Shown here piece after piece: positions 9,005 through 18,520 of a stretch of 64,000 bases of DNA (the first letter of the stretch is position 1; every line of letters starts with the position of its first letter). Where the stretch lies: positions 18,147-82,146 of the IMG/VR virus record IMGVR_UViG_3300049002_000006. One strand, 5' to 3'. The position numbers were made by a program, and so were the translations under genes. The notes beneath the pieces were generated by a model. That model made no database searches and was not told where the DNA came from. It saw only the letters and a list, made by a program, of their open reading frames with translations. This DNA comes from a virus.

Positions 9005-9586
9005 ATGCGCTCGTTGTTCGTCGTTCTGGTGTTCGTTTTGCCCCTCGCCGCAGACGACAGCCCGTGGGACTTTTCGAGGCGTGTGGACGACATAGAAAAG
9101 AAGCAGAAAGAGTTTGACCGTAAGTTAACGGATCTGAACTCGAAGGTCGATGCCACAATGGTGTTGATCGACCAGATCAAAGCGAAGTTCGCCGAACCGA
9201 TGAAAGTCGCTTCGCCTACCGAGACGGAAATCATTCCGGTCCCGAAGACCACTCTCCCTCCTGGTGTAGGAGGCGGGTGGGTGCCGATGTCGGATGGTAC
9301 TTACGAGCGGACGATTAAAGTGAAGTACAATCCGGTAATGCCGACTTCGGTCATGATCTATGGAACTCCTGTAGTCGAACCAGCCGTGCCGGTGTATGCT
9401 CAGTCTACTCCCGTTTATACTCAACCGTATGTCGGTACTTATCAGACCATTGGAGGGTACACCGTCAGTCCTTCTTGGTACGGGAGTGTGGGGGCCGACG
9501 GCGGCGGGACGTGTGTAGGCGGGGATTGCGGAAACACAACCATCAACTACGGGCGGCCCGGCTTGTTCGGCCGGTACCGGAGGTAA
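9005..9586 (+). CDS. Secreted protein of planctomycete style
   Basis: Signal peptide; coiled coil; Tyr/Pro-rich tail ending CVGGDC...RPGLFGRYRR. Confidence 0.55.
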   Translation: MRSLFVVLVFVLPLAADDSPWDFSRRVDDIEKKQKEFDRKLTDLNSKVDATMVLIDQIKAKFAEPMKVASPTETEIIPVPKTTLPPGVGGGWVPMSDGTYERTIKVKYNPVMPTSVMIYGTPVVEPAVPVYAQSTPVYTQPYVGTYQTIGGYTVSPSWYGSVGADGGGTCVGGDCGNTTINYGRPGLFGRYRR

Positions 9587-9587
9587 C

Positions 9588-9914
9588 ATGACGACCAAGC
9601 AACTGTGTGCCAAGCTGAACGACCGGATGGAATCTGTCCCGGCAGAAGTGTGGGGGGCGATCCTTGCGGCCGTCATGAAACTGATTCAAGGGTGTAAGGA
9701 CACTCCTCAAGAAGCCCTCGACTACGTCCGCGAAGCACGAGGTAACTTGCGTCACCGGGTAGTCGTGGCGGCGATGTTTCGGCGGGCGTGGGTGAATCAA
9801 GGACTCCCTCGCCGGAAAATGGATGACGGACTAGAAGCCCTCCTCGAAGAGGCGGACTTCGTTGATGTTAAGGACGTCAAGCGCATGTTTAAGGAGGCGG
9901 CATATGAGTCCTGA
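9588..9914 (+). CDS. Hypothetical protein
   Basis: GGAGG RBS; hydrophobic WGAILAAVMKLIQGC segment. Confidence 0.55.
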   Translation: MTTKQLCAKLNDRMESVPAEVWGAILAAVMKLIQGCKDTPQEALDYVREARGNLRHRVVVAAMFRRAWVNQGLPRRKMDDGLEALLEEADFVDVKDVKRMFKEAAYES

Positions 9915-10365
9915 CGAATTTCTGGAAAAGTCTCTGGCCGTTCACGACGCACTGAGCAGACCGGTTGAGGACGAGGTAGTGACTATCCTCAAAGTCATGT
10001 CGGACGTGGCAGAACTGTTCCAATCCGACGAAGCCGAGTACACACCCGGCCAGCAGAAGCAGTTGGAGGTCCTCGAGAACGACGTCCACATGATCGCGGT
10101 TAAACCGGTCAGTCTGATTCACGCCAAGCGGAAGACCGTGGATCGGAAGATCGATCCCGCCGCCGAGAAAGGTCTTTGGATGGTCTTCCGGCACGCCCTG
10201 CGGACGATGCTCGGCAAGATCAAAGTAGTCGAGCCCCCGGCCGAAGAAACGCCGGCCCCCGAGAGTGCCGAAGGAAGCGAGCCAGAAGCCGTTTTCCCGG
10301 CCGATCAGCCGCCCGACGTAGAAAGTGACGCCCCGCCCGACAGCAAGCGAAGGAGAAAGAAATAG
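9904..10365 (+). CDS. Hypothetical protein
   Basis: AGGAGG RBS before ATG 9904. Confidence 0.55.
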   Translation: MSPDEFLEKSLAVHDALSRPVEDEVVTILKVMSDVAELFQSDEAEYTPGQQKQLEVLENDVHMIAVKPVSLIHAKRKTVDRKIDPAAEKGLWMVFRHALRTMLGKIKVVEPPAEETPAPESAEGSEPEAVFPADQPPDVESDAPPDSKRRRKK

Positions 10366-10376
10366 GGCCTTTGCCG

Positions 10377-10405
10377 TTGACGCTCGCCCGGCATCCGGCT
10401 ATAAC
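10377..10405 (+). promoter_or_regulatory. Sigma70-like promoter for the head genes
   Basis: TTGACG-17 bp-TATAAC about 30 nt upstream of ATG 10435. Confidence 0.5.
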
Positions 10406-10434
10406 TTCGAGGAACATCAGACCAACCTACCTGT

Positions 10435-11862
10435 ATGAATGAACTAGTCCAATACTCAGTGCTGAATATGGACGGCGTGAGCCGGACCGAATACTTGCAC
10501 GGCCGCAAGTATTTGGTCCGGATGGCCGCCTGTGGTACCGAAGGAGTCATGGCCGGGGTCGATCCGGACGGGAACCCTATCGAGATTTTCTACCCCGAGA
10601 AAGTCTGGAAGGATACTCTGCATTCATGGTCGAACAAGCCGATCATGAACCAGCACCCGGGCGGCGACGACATGGCCGACGACCAAACGGCCCTCGAAAA
10701 GCAGAGTATGGGGTTTTTGCTCAAGCCGAGTTACGACAACAAGTTCCGGACGGAATGCTGGTTCGACGCAGACCGGACGCAGAAACTCGACCCGGCCATC
10801 TACAAAGCGGTCCTTAACAATCAGCCCATCGAATGCTCGACCGGGCAGAAAATGGCCATCCGGAAGGAGGACGGGGAACACAACGGAGTCCCGTACAAGT
10901 ACGTCGCCGTCCGGATCAACCCGAACCATCTCGCCATTCTCACCAAGCGTCGGGGGGCGTACTCGATATCGAAAGGAGGGGGCATTAACGTCCTGAACGA
11001 AGACGGCCATTCGTTGGTCGCAGTAACCAACGAAGCGTCCTATTCCGACATCATGCGAAATCTGGACGTGGCCCTGCGGCAGAAGTTCATGAAGCCCGGG
11101 TACGACTGGTTCGGGTGCATCTGCGACGTGTACAAGGACGGCTATCTGATCTACAGCAGTGCCGGGAAGTTGTGGCGGCTCGATTACGAAGCGGCCGACG
11201 ACGGGACCGTTACGCTGTCCGGCAAGCCGGAGGAAGTGCAACGAACGACCGTCTATGTGACGGTGAGTAACGAGGAGGCGGTCGTGGGCATCGCCTCGGG
11301 GAAGTATCTCACACAAGCGGAGGCGGAAGAAATGGCGAAGGTACTGACTAAGGAACAACTGATCGACACGATCATCGGGAACGGCGGGGCGTGGGAAGAG
11401 ACGGATCGGGAACACCTCGGCAAGAAGAACGAAGACCAACTCAAGAAGCTCCTGCCCATCGGGGCACCGAAGACGACCGAAGTCCCGGTCCTAAACATGG
11501 CCGCCGAAGTCAAGCCCGGGACTTACATCCTGACGGCCGACCAAGCTGCCGCCCTGAGCCGGATGGCCGCCCACGAGAAGCAGGCCAAGGAGGAGATCAT
11601 CACGGCGGTCATGAATATGGAAGGGAACCAGTTCAAGAAGGAGTGGCTGGAAGAGCAGAAGCTGGACGTGCTGCAAGGACTCCAGGCCCTCGCCGTCGCC
11701 CCGAAGAAGGAAGAGGAGGTCGCCGTTCTGAACCAGGCCGGCGGGGCCCTCCAACCGAAGTATTACGGGGCCGGCGGGTATATTCCGTCCGTCCAGCCGC
11801 AAGAAATCGTTCCGCTGCCGTTGTCGGCTTCCCGAAAGAAGAAGGAAACGGCCGCGGTGTAA
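10435..11862 (+). CDS. Prohead protease/scaffold (DUF2213-type)
   Basis: WSNKPIMNQHP, IECSTG, PNHLAIL....GAYSI..G.G motifs; position before decoration and capsid genes. Confidence 0.8.
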   Translation: MNELVQYSVLNMDGVSRTEYLHGRKYLVRMAACGTEGVMAGVDPDGNPIEIFYPEKVWKDTLHSWSNKPIMNQHPGGDDMADDQTALEKQSMGFLLKPSYDNKFRTECWFDADRTQKLDPAIYKAVLNNQPIECSTGQKMAIRKEDGEHNGVPYKYVAVRINPNHLAILTKRRGAYSISKGGGINVLNEDGHSLVAVTNEASYSDIMRNLDVALRQKFMKPGYDWFGCICDVYKDGYLIYSSAGKLWRLDYEAADDGTVTLSGKPEEVQRTTVYVTVSNEEAVVGIASGKYLTQAEAEEMAKVLTKEQLIDTIIGNGGAWEETDREHLGKKNEDQLKKLLPIGAPKTTEVPVLNMAAEVKPGTYILTADQAAALSRMAAHEKQAKEEIITAVMNMEGNQFKKEWLEEQKLDVLQGLQALAVAPKKEEEVAVLNQAGGALQPKYYGAGGYIPSVQPQEIVPLPLSASRKKKETAAV

Positions 11863-11901
11863 TCCAAATTCAATTCGACCAACTCTCAGGAGAAATAAGG
11901 A

Positions 11902-12858
11902 ATGAGCGCAAGCGACAACGTGATCGTGCTCCGGGGTGACATGAGCAAGCGGCACATGGAAGCCAAAGCCGGGGAGGCGAGCATCTACCCCGGGGACCTG
12001 CTCGAAACGTACCGGGCTTCAGGAGAAGAGAAGTTCCGGAAGGCTACGGTATACGGAGCCCGGATCGGCGAGAAGATTTTCGCCAAAGAAAACTACGTCC
12101 TCGGAAAGACGAAGGCCACGGCCTACGACAGTGGGTCGAACGTCCTGGCTCACCGGGCGACACCGGGCGACTGCATCAACGCCCGGATCCCGGCCAACGC
12201 CGCGGCCATCCTGATTGACGATTATCTGATCTCCAACGGGGATGGGACGCTTGTCAAGTCGGTGTACGGCGAAGGACAGAGTCTCGGGAACGCGGTGGCC
12301 GCTTCCACGGCCGTCACGAACACGACGACGGAAGCGGCCTTCGACAACGCGAACGTGACCATCGCGGCGAACACGCTCCGGGCCGGTGACGTTATCCGGT
12401 TGCGTGGCCAAGGGATCGCAACCGCGACTAACTCGACCGACACTCTGACCGTTCAGGTGTATGTCGGGTCTACGTCCATCGCCACGACTGGTGCAGTGGA
12501 CGTAGCCAACAACGACATCTTCCGGTACGACATCCGAGTGATCTTCCGGACCGTCGGGGCGTCCGGAACGATGGTCGTGGAAGGGACGGTGGCCCTCGGG
12601 GCGGCTGCGACCGTTACCGACAAGAACGTGTTCAAGGCTTCCACAGCCGTGGACACGACGGCGGCTATCGTGCTGTCGGTCAAGGCGACCTGGTCCGTGG
12701 CGAACGCGGGCAACAGTGTCCGACAAGACGTGGCAACGGTCGAGAAGTCGCAGGCGACGGGGGCGGCCGGAGACGGGATGCTGGCCCGGGCCGAGGAAGA
12801 CCTTGACAACTCGGCGGTTGCCACCATTACTTGGTGTGCCGTCCGAATCCTTGACTAA
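11902..12858 (+). CDS. Head decoration/cement protein with inserted beta-rich domain
   Basis: IYPGDLL...PGDCINA..LISNGDGTL N-part and ARAEEDLDNS C-part flank an Ala/Thr/Val insert. Confidence 0.6.
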   Translation: MSASDNVIVLRGDMSKRHMEAKAGEASIYPGDLLETYRASGEEKFRKATVYGARIGEKIFAKENYVLGKTKATAYDSGSNVLAHRATPGDCINARIPANAAAILIDDYLISNGDGTLVKSVYGEGQSLGNAVAASTAVTNTTTEAAFDNANVTIAANTLRAGDVIRLRGQGIATATNSTDTLTVQVYVGSTSIATTGAVDVANNDIFRYDIRVIFRTVGASGTMVVEGTVALGAAATVTDKNVFKASTAVDTTAAIVLSVKATWSVANAGNSVRQDVATVEKSQATGAAGDGMLARAEEDLDNSAVATITWCAVRILD

Positions 12859-12888
12859 CAAAACCAACCACAGAGGAGGAGATCAGAA

Positions 12889-13971
12889 ATGGGACAGCCG
12901 AAAGTGATGGGCGGACATTACGAGTCCAGTCACCCCATCATGTCGATGGTCCGGGACCCCGGATACTACCAGCCCTTCTTCGAGAACGGCCGGTCGTGGC
13001 GGTCGAAGATCCGGCGGGACCGGCACGGATATCCGATCGAGGACGGACAGGGCAACATCATCGAGGACGTGGTAGTCTCGAACGAGGAGGCCCTGTACAC
13101 CCGCGATCAGTGGGTCGAGTTCGAGACCGCCATTCTCGAAGTCGCCCAGGAACCGCTCGTGTTCTTTGACGACGTGGCCGGGATGGGGAAGGTCACAATC
13201 CCGGCCGGCCTCGGGAAGACGATGTACGAATATCGGAATCGGTCGTTCTCGGCGTCGGCCACTACCAGCATGGACGGCCTCCGGGAATCGAACCGCGGTC
13301 GGTTCACGGTAGATACGGCCCAGCTGCCACTACACATCTACCACGGCGAACTGTCTTTCCCGTCTCGCGACCTAGACATCGCCGCCGGGAGTGCGTTGCC
13401 GCTCGATACGGAACAGGGGCAGGACGTCACTCGGGCGATTCAGGAACTGAAAGAGGACGCGACTCTCGGCTTGTACACGCCGAATCCGGTCGGCGGTACC
13501 TCGGTCGAAGGGGCGTTGAACTTCACCGGCCGGAACACTTACACCATCCGTTCGCCAGCCACGGTCGGCTGGACGCCTAACGATTTGGTTGATGACCTGA
13601 TCGGCATGAGGACGATGCTCGAGGACGACAACCAGAAGGGACCGTTCCGAGTATGGTACGGTCGTGGTTGGTCGTCCTACCTCGACAAGGACTATTCCCA
13701 GGCGAAAGGGGATAACACCGTCCGGGCTCGCGTCCAAGCCCTCGACAACATGGGGTCTTTCAAGCAGGTGCGGCGGTTGTCTGGGTACACAATCATCATG
13801 ATGGCTCCGAACTCCACGACGGCGAAGATCGTTGAGGCGTCCGGCTTCAAGACGGTGACCTGGTCTGAGCGGGGCGGAATGCTCCGTCGCTGGCTGATCT
13901 ACTGGGCCGGCAACCCGCTGTTCCGGGCGGACGACGAAGGGCAGTGCGGTCTGGTCGTCGGGACGGTCTAA
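12889..13971 (+). CDS. Major capsid protein (HK97 fold, linocin-like family)
   Basis: W.EF.TAI, SMDG, LPLHIYH, PLDT, ML.DDNQ.GPF motifs; GGAGGAG RBS; position. Confidence 0.85.
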   Translation: MGQPKVMGGHYESSHPIMSMVRDPGYYQPFFENGRSWRSKIRRDRHGYPIEDGQGNIIEDVVVSNEEALYTRDQWVEFETAILEVAQEPLVFFDDVAGMGKVTIPAGLGKTMYEYRNRSFSASATTSMDGLRESNRGRFTVDTAQLPLHIYHGELSFPSRDLDIAAGSALPLDTEQGQDVTRAIQELKEDATLGLYTPNPVGGTSVEGALNFTGRNTYTIRSPATVGWTPNDLVDDLIGMRTMLEDDNQKGPFRVWYGRGWSSYLDKDYSQAKGDNTVRARVQALDNMGSFKQVRRLSGYTIIMMAPNSTTAKIVEASGFKTVTWSERGGMLRRWLIYWAGNPLFRADDEGQCGLVVGTV

Positions 13972-14003
13972 CTCCAACTCATCGAACGAAAGAGAACCAC
14001 CAA

Positions 14004-14567
14004 ATGTCGCGTAAGACACAGAGGAAGCAGGCGGAGGTTCCGAAAGGCCCGGCCGTGCGAAAATTCCGTCTAAAGGAGAACGCCGGACGGGCCGCCGTCC
14101 GGATCGCCGAGGGTCCGAACCACGAGGGCATCAAAGTCATCGAGCCGGGGCAGGTGTACGCCACGACGCGGGACATGTGTAAGAAGGACCTGAACAAGTG
14201 GGAGGAAGTGACCCACACGAACGCGAAGCCCATCGCGTCCGAGGATATGACTCCGCTCGTTAAGGACGATCTGCCCGAGGTCGTAGACGTGCCTAACCCG
14301 CCGACGCCGATGAACCCGAAGAAGTCTCGCGTTCATCCGATCGAGATGGAGGATACGCCGGAAGACGATCATGTCGATCTGGAAGACACCGAGTCGAAGA
14401 TCGAAACTTCCGACGAGGAAGAAGAGAGCGAGGAGTCCGAAGACGAAGAGGTCTTTGAGGCTTCCGACGAGAACGAGGACGAAGAAGAGTCTGAGGACGA
14501 GAAGGAAAAACCGAAGGCCAAGGTCAAGATGAAGACGGCACCGAAGACCAAGGCCAAGAAGAAGTAA
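14004..14567 (+). CDS. Hypothetical protein with acidic tract and Lys-rich tail
   Basis: D/E tract followed by KPKAKVKMKTAPKTKAKKK. Confidence 0.6.
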   Translation: MSRKTQRKQAEVPKGPAVRKFRLKENAGRAAVRIAEGPNHEGIKVIEPGQVYATTRDMCKKDLNKWEEVTHTNAKPIASEDMTPLVKDDLPEVVDVPNPPTPMNPKKSRVHPIEMEDTPEDDHVDLEDTESKIETSDEEEESEESEDEEVFEASDENEDEEESEDEKEKPKAKVKMKTAPKTKAKKK

Positions 14568-14588
14568 GTCCGTCTTGGAGGGCTTTCG

Positions 14589-15008
14589 ATGGCTCGCACG
14601 ACGGCAACGCGGGTCGAGGGTATCATTGAGGTCGATCCTGATGATACCTTGACCCCGTTCATCAATTCTGCCAACCGGGTAGTTACCAGGATCTGTGAAG
14701 ACACCGACGATGCCTACACGACCGACGAACTGGAAGATATCGAGTGCTGGTTGGCCGCCCACTTCTACGCCGTCCTTCGACCGGCCTTCGTCGTGGAAAG
14801 TGTAGACGTGATGACGACCAGGATCGAGTCGAAAGTGGACTTGGGGCTGTCAAACACCAGATGGGGCATCGCCGCTATGGCGATTGACACGTTCGGGAAT
14901 TTGGCAAATTGGAATAACGAGATGGTTAACAGGAAGCCGACTGACGGCAGACGGACGCCATCTCTCAGCTGGTTGGGCATTGACCAGTCGCCCAACAACG
15001 TTCCTTGA
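14589..15008 (+). CDS. Head-tail adaptor
   Basis: IECWLAAHF, L..T.WG..A..ID..G.L motifs. Confidence 0.75.
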   Translation: MARTTATRVEGIIEVDPDDTLTPFINSANRVVTRICEDTDDAYTTDELEDIECWLAAHFYAVLRPAFVVESVDVMTTRIESKVDLGLSNTRWGIAAMAIDTFGNLANWNNEMVNRKPTDGRRTPSLSWLGIDQSPNNVP

Positions 15009-15022
15009 GAGGAGATTGACTA

Positions 15023-15382
15023 ATGGCCGCCGCGAACGATAACACACGAATCCCGCGGCGTAAACAGAAGGCCGTGTATTGGGTCGCCCAGCCCAAAGAC
15101 AGCGACGGGAGAACGACGTATGCGGCCCCCGTCGAAATCGATTGCCGGTGGTCAGACGTGACAGAGGAACTCGTAGGACCGTCCGGGGCCGCTGTGACTA
15201 TCAAATCGAAAGTATACCCGGACCGAGACTTAGAAAAGGACTCTGTCCTGTGGCTCGGCGGGTTGAATGATCTAACGGACTTTACAAACCCGTTTAAGAA
15301 TCCGGCCGCCGCTCGCATTCAAGGATGGACTAAGATCCCAGACGCCAGGGCGAAAAGGTTTTTGAGGATTGCCTTCCTGTGA
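15023..15382 (+). CDS. Head closure protein
   Basis: Q.AVYW....D..G...Y.APVEI.CRW motif. Confidence 0.7.
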   Translation: MAAANDNTRIPRRKQKAVYWVAQPKDSDGRTTYAAPVEIDCRWSDVTEELVGPSGAAVTIKSKVYPDRDLEKDSVLWLGGLNDLTDFTNPFKNPAAARIQGWTKIPDARAKRFLRIAFL

Positions 15383-15870
15383 GTACGGTAATCAGGACGA
15401 CCGGAATCGAAGCAACCCTCCGGGCGTTGACCGACAAGAAACGGGACACGGTCAAAGCCGTCAACGAAGGACTGCATCTGGTGGCTAGGATGATTCTGAA
15501 CCGGGCGTTGTACTTGTGTCCGGTCGAGACGGGGGCCATGCGGGCGACCGGGGAAGTCGGTGAGCCGACCGGAACAGGTGTCGGACTCGGGACGAGAACG
15601 TCAGTTAGTTTCGGCGGTCAGTCCGCTCCGTACACAATTTTCGTCCATGAAAATCTGAACGCGAGTCACCTGGCCCCGACGATTGCCAAATGGCTGGAGG
15701 TGGCCGTCATGCAAACCCGCGGCCCGGCGACTAGAGTCCTCGAGCGGGCGTTTAAGTACCAAATCGTCAGTCACGAAGAGGGGGCCGCCGACCGATTCGT
15801 TCGAGGGTCTAAAGGTTTCCGAACCGCCACTGACCGGAGGGCCGGTCCTGCCCCCAGGAGAGGTCGATGA
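15379..15870 (+). CDS. Tail completion protein (HK97 gp10-like)
   Basis: CPVETGAMRAT, APYTIFVHE, AKWLE motifs. Confidence 0.75.
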   Translation: MSTVIRTTGIEATLRALTDKKRDTVKAVNEGLHLVARMILNRALYLCPVETGAMRATGEVGEPTGTGVGLGTRTSVSFGGQSAPYTIFVHENLNASHLAPTIAKWLEVAVMQTRGPATRVLERAFKYQIVSHEEGAADRFVRGSKGFRTATDRRAGPAPRRGR

Positions 15871-16322
15871 TTTCCGCCTCGCCGGCCCGCGTCTTGCAAT
15901 ATTACCTGGTCGCCGCCGGAAAAGCCGTCCTGCCGGCCGCAGGCACGGAAGACAACTGGCCGATCACCCGCGGCTTCCTTCCGTCCGGGGAAGAAGACCC
16001 GGACAACTACCTTGCCACCTACGACTACGGGGCAGATCAGGAATTCGGAGTCACGAACGATTCCCGTAACGACCATCCTGCCGTCCAAGTCAGGATTCGT
16101 TCCAGAACTTATGAAGAAGGGTGGGCGAAGGCCGTCGATATACTGGAAGCATTGAAGGTGATCGCCCAAGATCAGATTTGGACTTCTGTGACGGTCTTGA
16201 CCGAGACGATCCTCATTCAAGGGTGTATGATCCAGGCGGGTATCATGCACATAGGACGAGAGGAGAAGGAGACGCGGGAGAATTTCACGATCAACCTGCG
16301 GTTAACCATTTCGGAGGGGTGA
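15867..16322 (+). CDS. Tail terminator
   Basis: P.VQVRIRS..Y..GW.KA and F.INL motifs; position. Confidence 0.7.
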   Translation: MISASPARVLQYYLVAAGKAVLPAAGTEDNWPITRGFLPSGEEDPDNYLATYDYGADQEFGVTNDSRNDHPAVQVRIRSRTYEEGWAKAVDILEALKVIAQDQIWTSVTVLTETILIQGCMIQAGIMHIGREEKETRENFTINLRLTISEG

Positions 16323-16323
16323 T

Positions 16324-16941
16324 ATGAGCGGAGTCTCTACGGCAGTCAGGAGCAGCATCAGTTTTCTAGGAAAGAATTTCAAACAGGCCAAGGCACAAAC
16401 ACCGGATCAGGTCGGCTACTACGGCGAGAAGGACTTGGCTGCGGCAAAAGTCGGGCAGTTGACGACCAGGACGGATAATGACACCGGCACGTTGACGATG
16501 GTCACCGGTCACGGGATTACGACAGGAGCCATTCTCGACGTGTACTGGGACGGCGGTTACCGGGCGAACATGGTCGTTGGGACGGTTGCCACGAATAGTG
16601 TACCGATCGACGGCGGGTCCGGAGACAACTTGCCGACCAACCTGACGGCCATCACGGCAATGGTTCCTAGTGTCGAGACCGTCGTGATCGTCGGCAACAA
16701 TCTGAACAATCTGGTCGCAGACGTGACGGACAAGACGGTCCGGGGGCTCGTGACGTACACGGACGGATCGGATGTCGTCCAAGCCGCCTTAGAAATCGAC
16801 CCGCTGATCGGGGCATATCTGTGGGAGAGTACGAGCGGGGTGACGAATCCGCTGTCCGGAGCTACGACCGCAAAGATCAAATACTCGCACGCCTCGTCGG
16901 TCGGGACCAAGAAGGTCAGGGCCGGGGCACTCCGTTCCTAA
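16324..16941 (+). CDS. Virion structural protein
   Basis: GHGITTG..LDVYW.GG motif; between terminator and tail tube. Confidence 0.5.
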   Translation: MSGVSTAVRSSISFLGKNFKQAKAQTPDQVGYYGEKDLAAAKVGQLTTRTDNDTGTLTMVTGHGITTGAILDVYWDGGYRANMVVGTVATNSVPIDGGSGDNLPTNLTAITAMVPSVETVVIVGNNLNNLVADVTDKTVRGLVTYTDGSDVVQAALEIDPLIGAYLWESTSGVTNPLSGATTAKIKYSHASSVGTKKVRAGALRS

Positions 16942-16973
16942 TTCGAACCATCTACTAAAAGGAGGCCCCGGAC

Positions 16974-17405
16974 ATGTCTCGTCTACGCGACGGATTTAGT
17001 ACCCAGATCAGCTTCGCGGAAAATCCAACGGTCAAATTTTTCGAGATTACCGTCCAGCCTCCGGGCATCGACGGCGGCGGGGCGAACGACACGACGACGA
17101 TGCGGAACACAGCCCTCCGCACGATGCAGCCGAAACAGTTGAAGTCCCTGACGCCGATGACCTTCTCCGCGTCCTACGACTCGGAAGTCTTCGACGTGGA
17201 CGAAGTGTTCGCGATGATTAACGTCAACCAGTTAATCACAATCCTGATGCCGGACGGGAGTGAGTACGCCTTTTGGGGCTTCCTCAACTCGTTCATCCCC
17301 GGGGCTCATCAGGAAGGCAGTCAGCCGGTCGCGACACTCAACATCATCCCGACGAACCAAGACGACGACTACGTCGAGACGGACCCGGTCTACACGCCGG
17401 CGTAA
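16974..17405 (+). CDS. Major tail tube protein
   Basis: PPGIDGG...DTTT, ITI..PDGS...FWGFL motifs; AAAGGAGG RBS. Confidence 0.8.
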   Translation: MSRLRDGFSTQISFAENPTVKFFEITVQPPGIDGGGANDTTTMRNTALRTMQPKQLKSLTPMTFSASYDSEVFDVDEVFAMINVNQLITILMPDGSEYAFWGFLNSFIPGAHQEGSQPVATLNIIPTNQDDDYVETDPVYTPA

Positions 17406-17412
17406 GTGCTGT

Positions 17413-17489
17413 GAGTCGTTTTCCCGAGTCGCCGAATCGTCGGCGTGTCGAAACATGCCGGGCGGCTTATAACGTGGGAAAACTAGCTC
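17413..17489 (+). promoter_or_regulatory. Long imperfect intergenic hairpin (mRNA stability/attenuation)
   Basis: Nested stems GTTTTCCC/GGGAAAAC, GAGTCGCC/GGCGGCTT, CGGCGTGT-CGAA-ACATGCCG. Confidence 0.4.
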
Positions 17490-17510
17490 TAATATCAAAG
17501 GAAGCGTATC

Positions 17511-17936
17511 GTGAGTAGTGAAGTAGCAGAAGCGGCAACGCCCGAAACAGAAACGCCTGTCCCGGCTCCTGTCGGCCTAACCAAACTCCGATTCACCGTC
17601 AGCCTCCGGGAAGAGAAGTTCGACATCGAAATCGACGGTCAGGAAAAGGAGTACACACTCAAACAAGTCCCGTCGAACGTATTCGCCAAGTGGCAGTCCG
17701 ACACGGCCGACAGGTATCGGAAGGATAAAGACGGTCGGGTGATCGGCGGAATCAGTAAGTTCGACGGTTGGTACACGAGCCTCCTGTGCAAGGCGGTGTT
17801 CGATGAAAGTGGTCAACCGGTCGGGCAGAAGACTTTGGACACATGGCCGGCCGGAGTGATCGACGGGCTGTACGAACGGCTGGGCGAACTCCAGCTGATG
17901 ACCAAGAACGCAATCGACCAAGCAAAAAAAGCATAA
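17511..17936 (+). CDS. Tail assembly chaperone (gpG-like)
   Basis: Between tail tube and tape measure; ends in a slippery A7 run. Confidence 0.75.
   Translation: MSSEVAEAATPETETPVPAPVGLTKLRFTVSLREEKFDIEIDGQEKEYTLKQVPSNVFAKWQSDTADRYRKDKDGRVIGGISKFDGWYTSLLCKAVFDESGQPVGQKTLDTWPAGVIDGLYERLGELQLMTKNAIDQAKKA
17924..17930 (+). other. Programmed -1 frameshift site A AAA AAA
   Basis: GCA AAA AAA GCA TAA; the -1 frame is open (ORF 17843..18520). Confidence 0.7.
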
Positions 17937-18520
17937 CGCCGGAGTTGAGGGCCTGGTCGAAAATAGCCAAGCGGCAACACAGGTCGATATCGGAGGCGAT
18001 GTGCGCGACATCGCCGACCGAGTTCGTTCAAACCGTCCAGATGATGGAGGACGAACTCGAGGACCCGGACCTACATTGCATGTACCAGGCTCAGACGGCT
18101 TATCAGCTGTACCTGCTCCGGCGGACGGTTCAAAACGTGCTTCGCACAACTCCGGACACGACGCCCCCTTTAGGTCTTAAGGACTTCATCCTGAAGTTCT
18201 ACAAGAAGACCGACGTTGTCTTGGACGAAGAGACCAAGAAGAAGGCGCTCGAAGCGTTGAAGAGGAATCTGTTCGCGGCTACCGGCTTTACCGGCAAGAA
18301 AGCGGACGACGGCGGGCGGCGGGGGACGCGCAAACGACTACCAGGTAGGGTGATCCGTGGCAACCTTCGACAAACTGATTCAGGAACTGGAAGCGAAGAC
18401 GGACAAGTTCGAGCAGGGGTACGCGGTAGCAGAAAGGTCGGTCAAGGCTTTCGGAGCGGCGGTCGAGAAGGCGATGACCCGGCTGGCGGCGGACGAAGCG
18501 AAGGCGGAGGCGGCGACTAA
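17924..18520 (+). CDS. Tail assembly chaperone frameshift extension (gpT-like)
   Basis: -1 frame reads SITPELRAWSKIAKRQHRSISE...LKDFILKF. Confidence 0.6.
   Translation, partial: KKSITPELRAWSKIAKRQHRSISEAMCATSPTEFVQTVQMMEDELEDPDLHCMYQAQTAYQLYLLRRTVQNVLRTTPDTTPPLGLKDFILKFYKKTDVVLDEETKKKALEALKRNLFAATGFTGKKADDGGRRGTRKRLPGRVIRGNLRQTDSGTGSEDGQVRAGVRGSRKVGQGFRSGGREGDDPAGGGRSEGGGGD

Noticed and set aside
12889-13971. Encapsulin or bacteriocin
   Set aside because: It lies in a complete head-tail operon, so it is the major capsid protein
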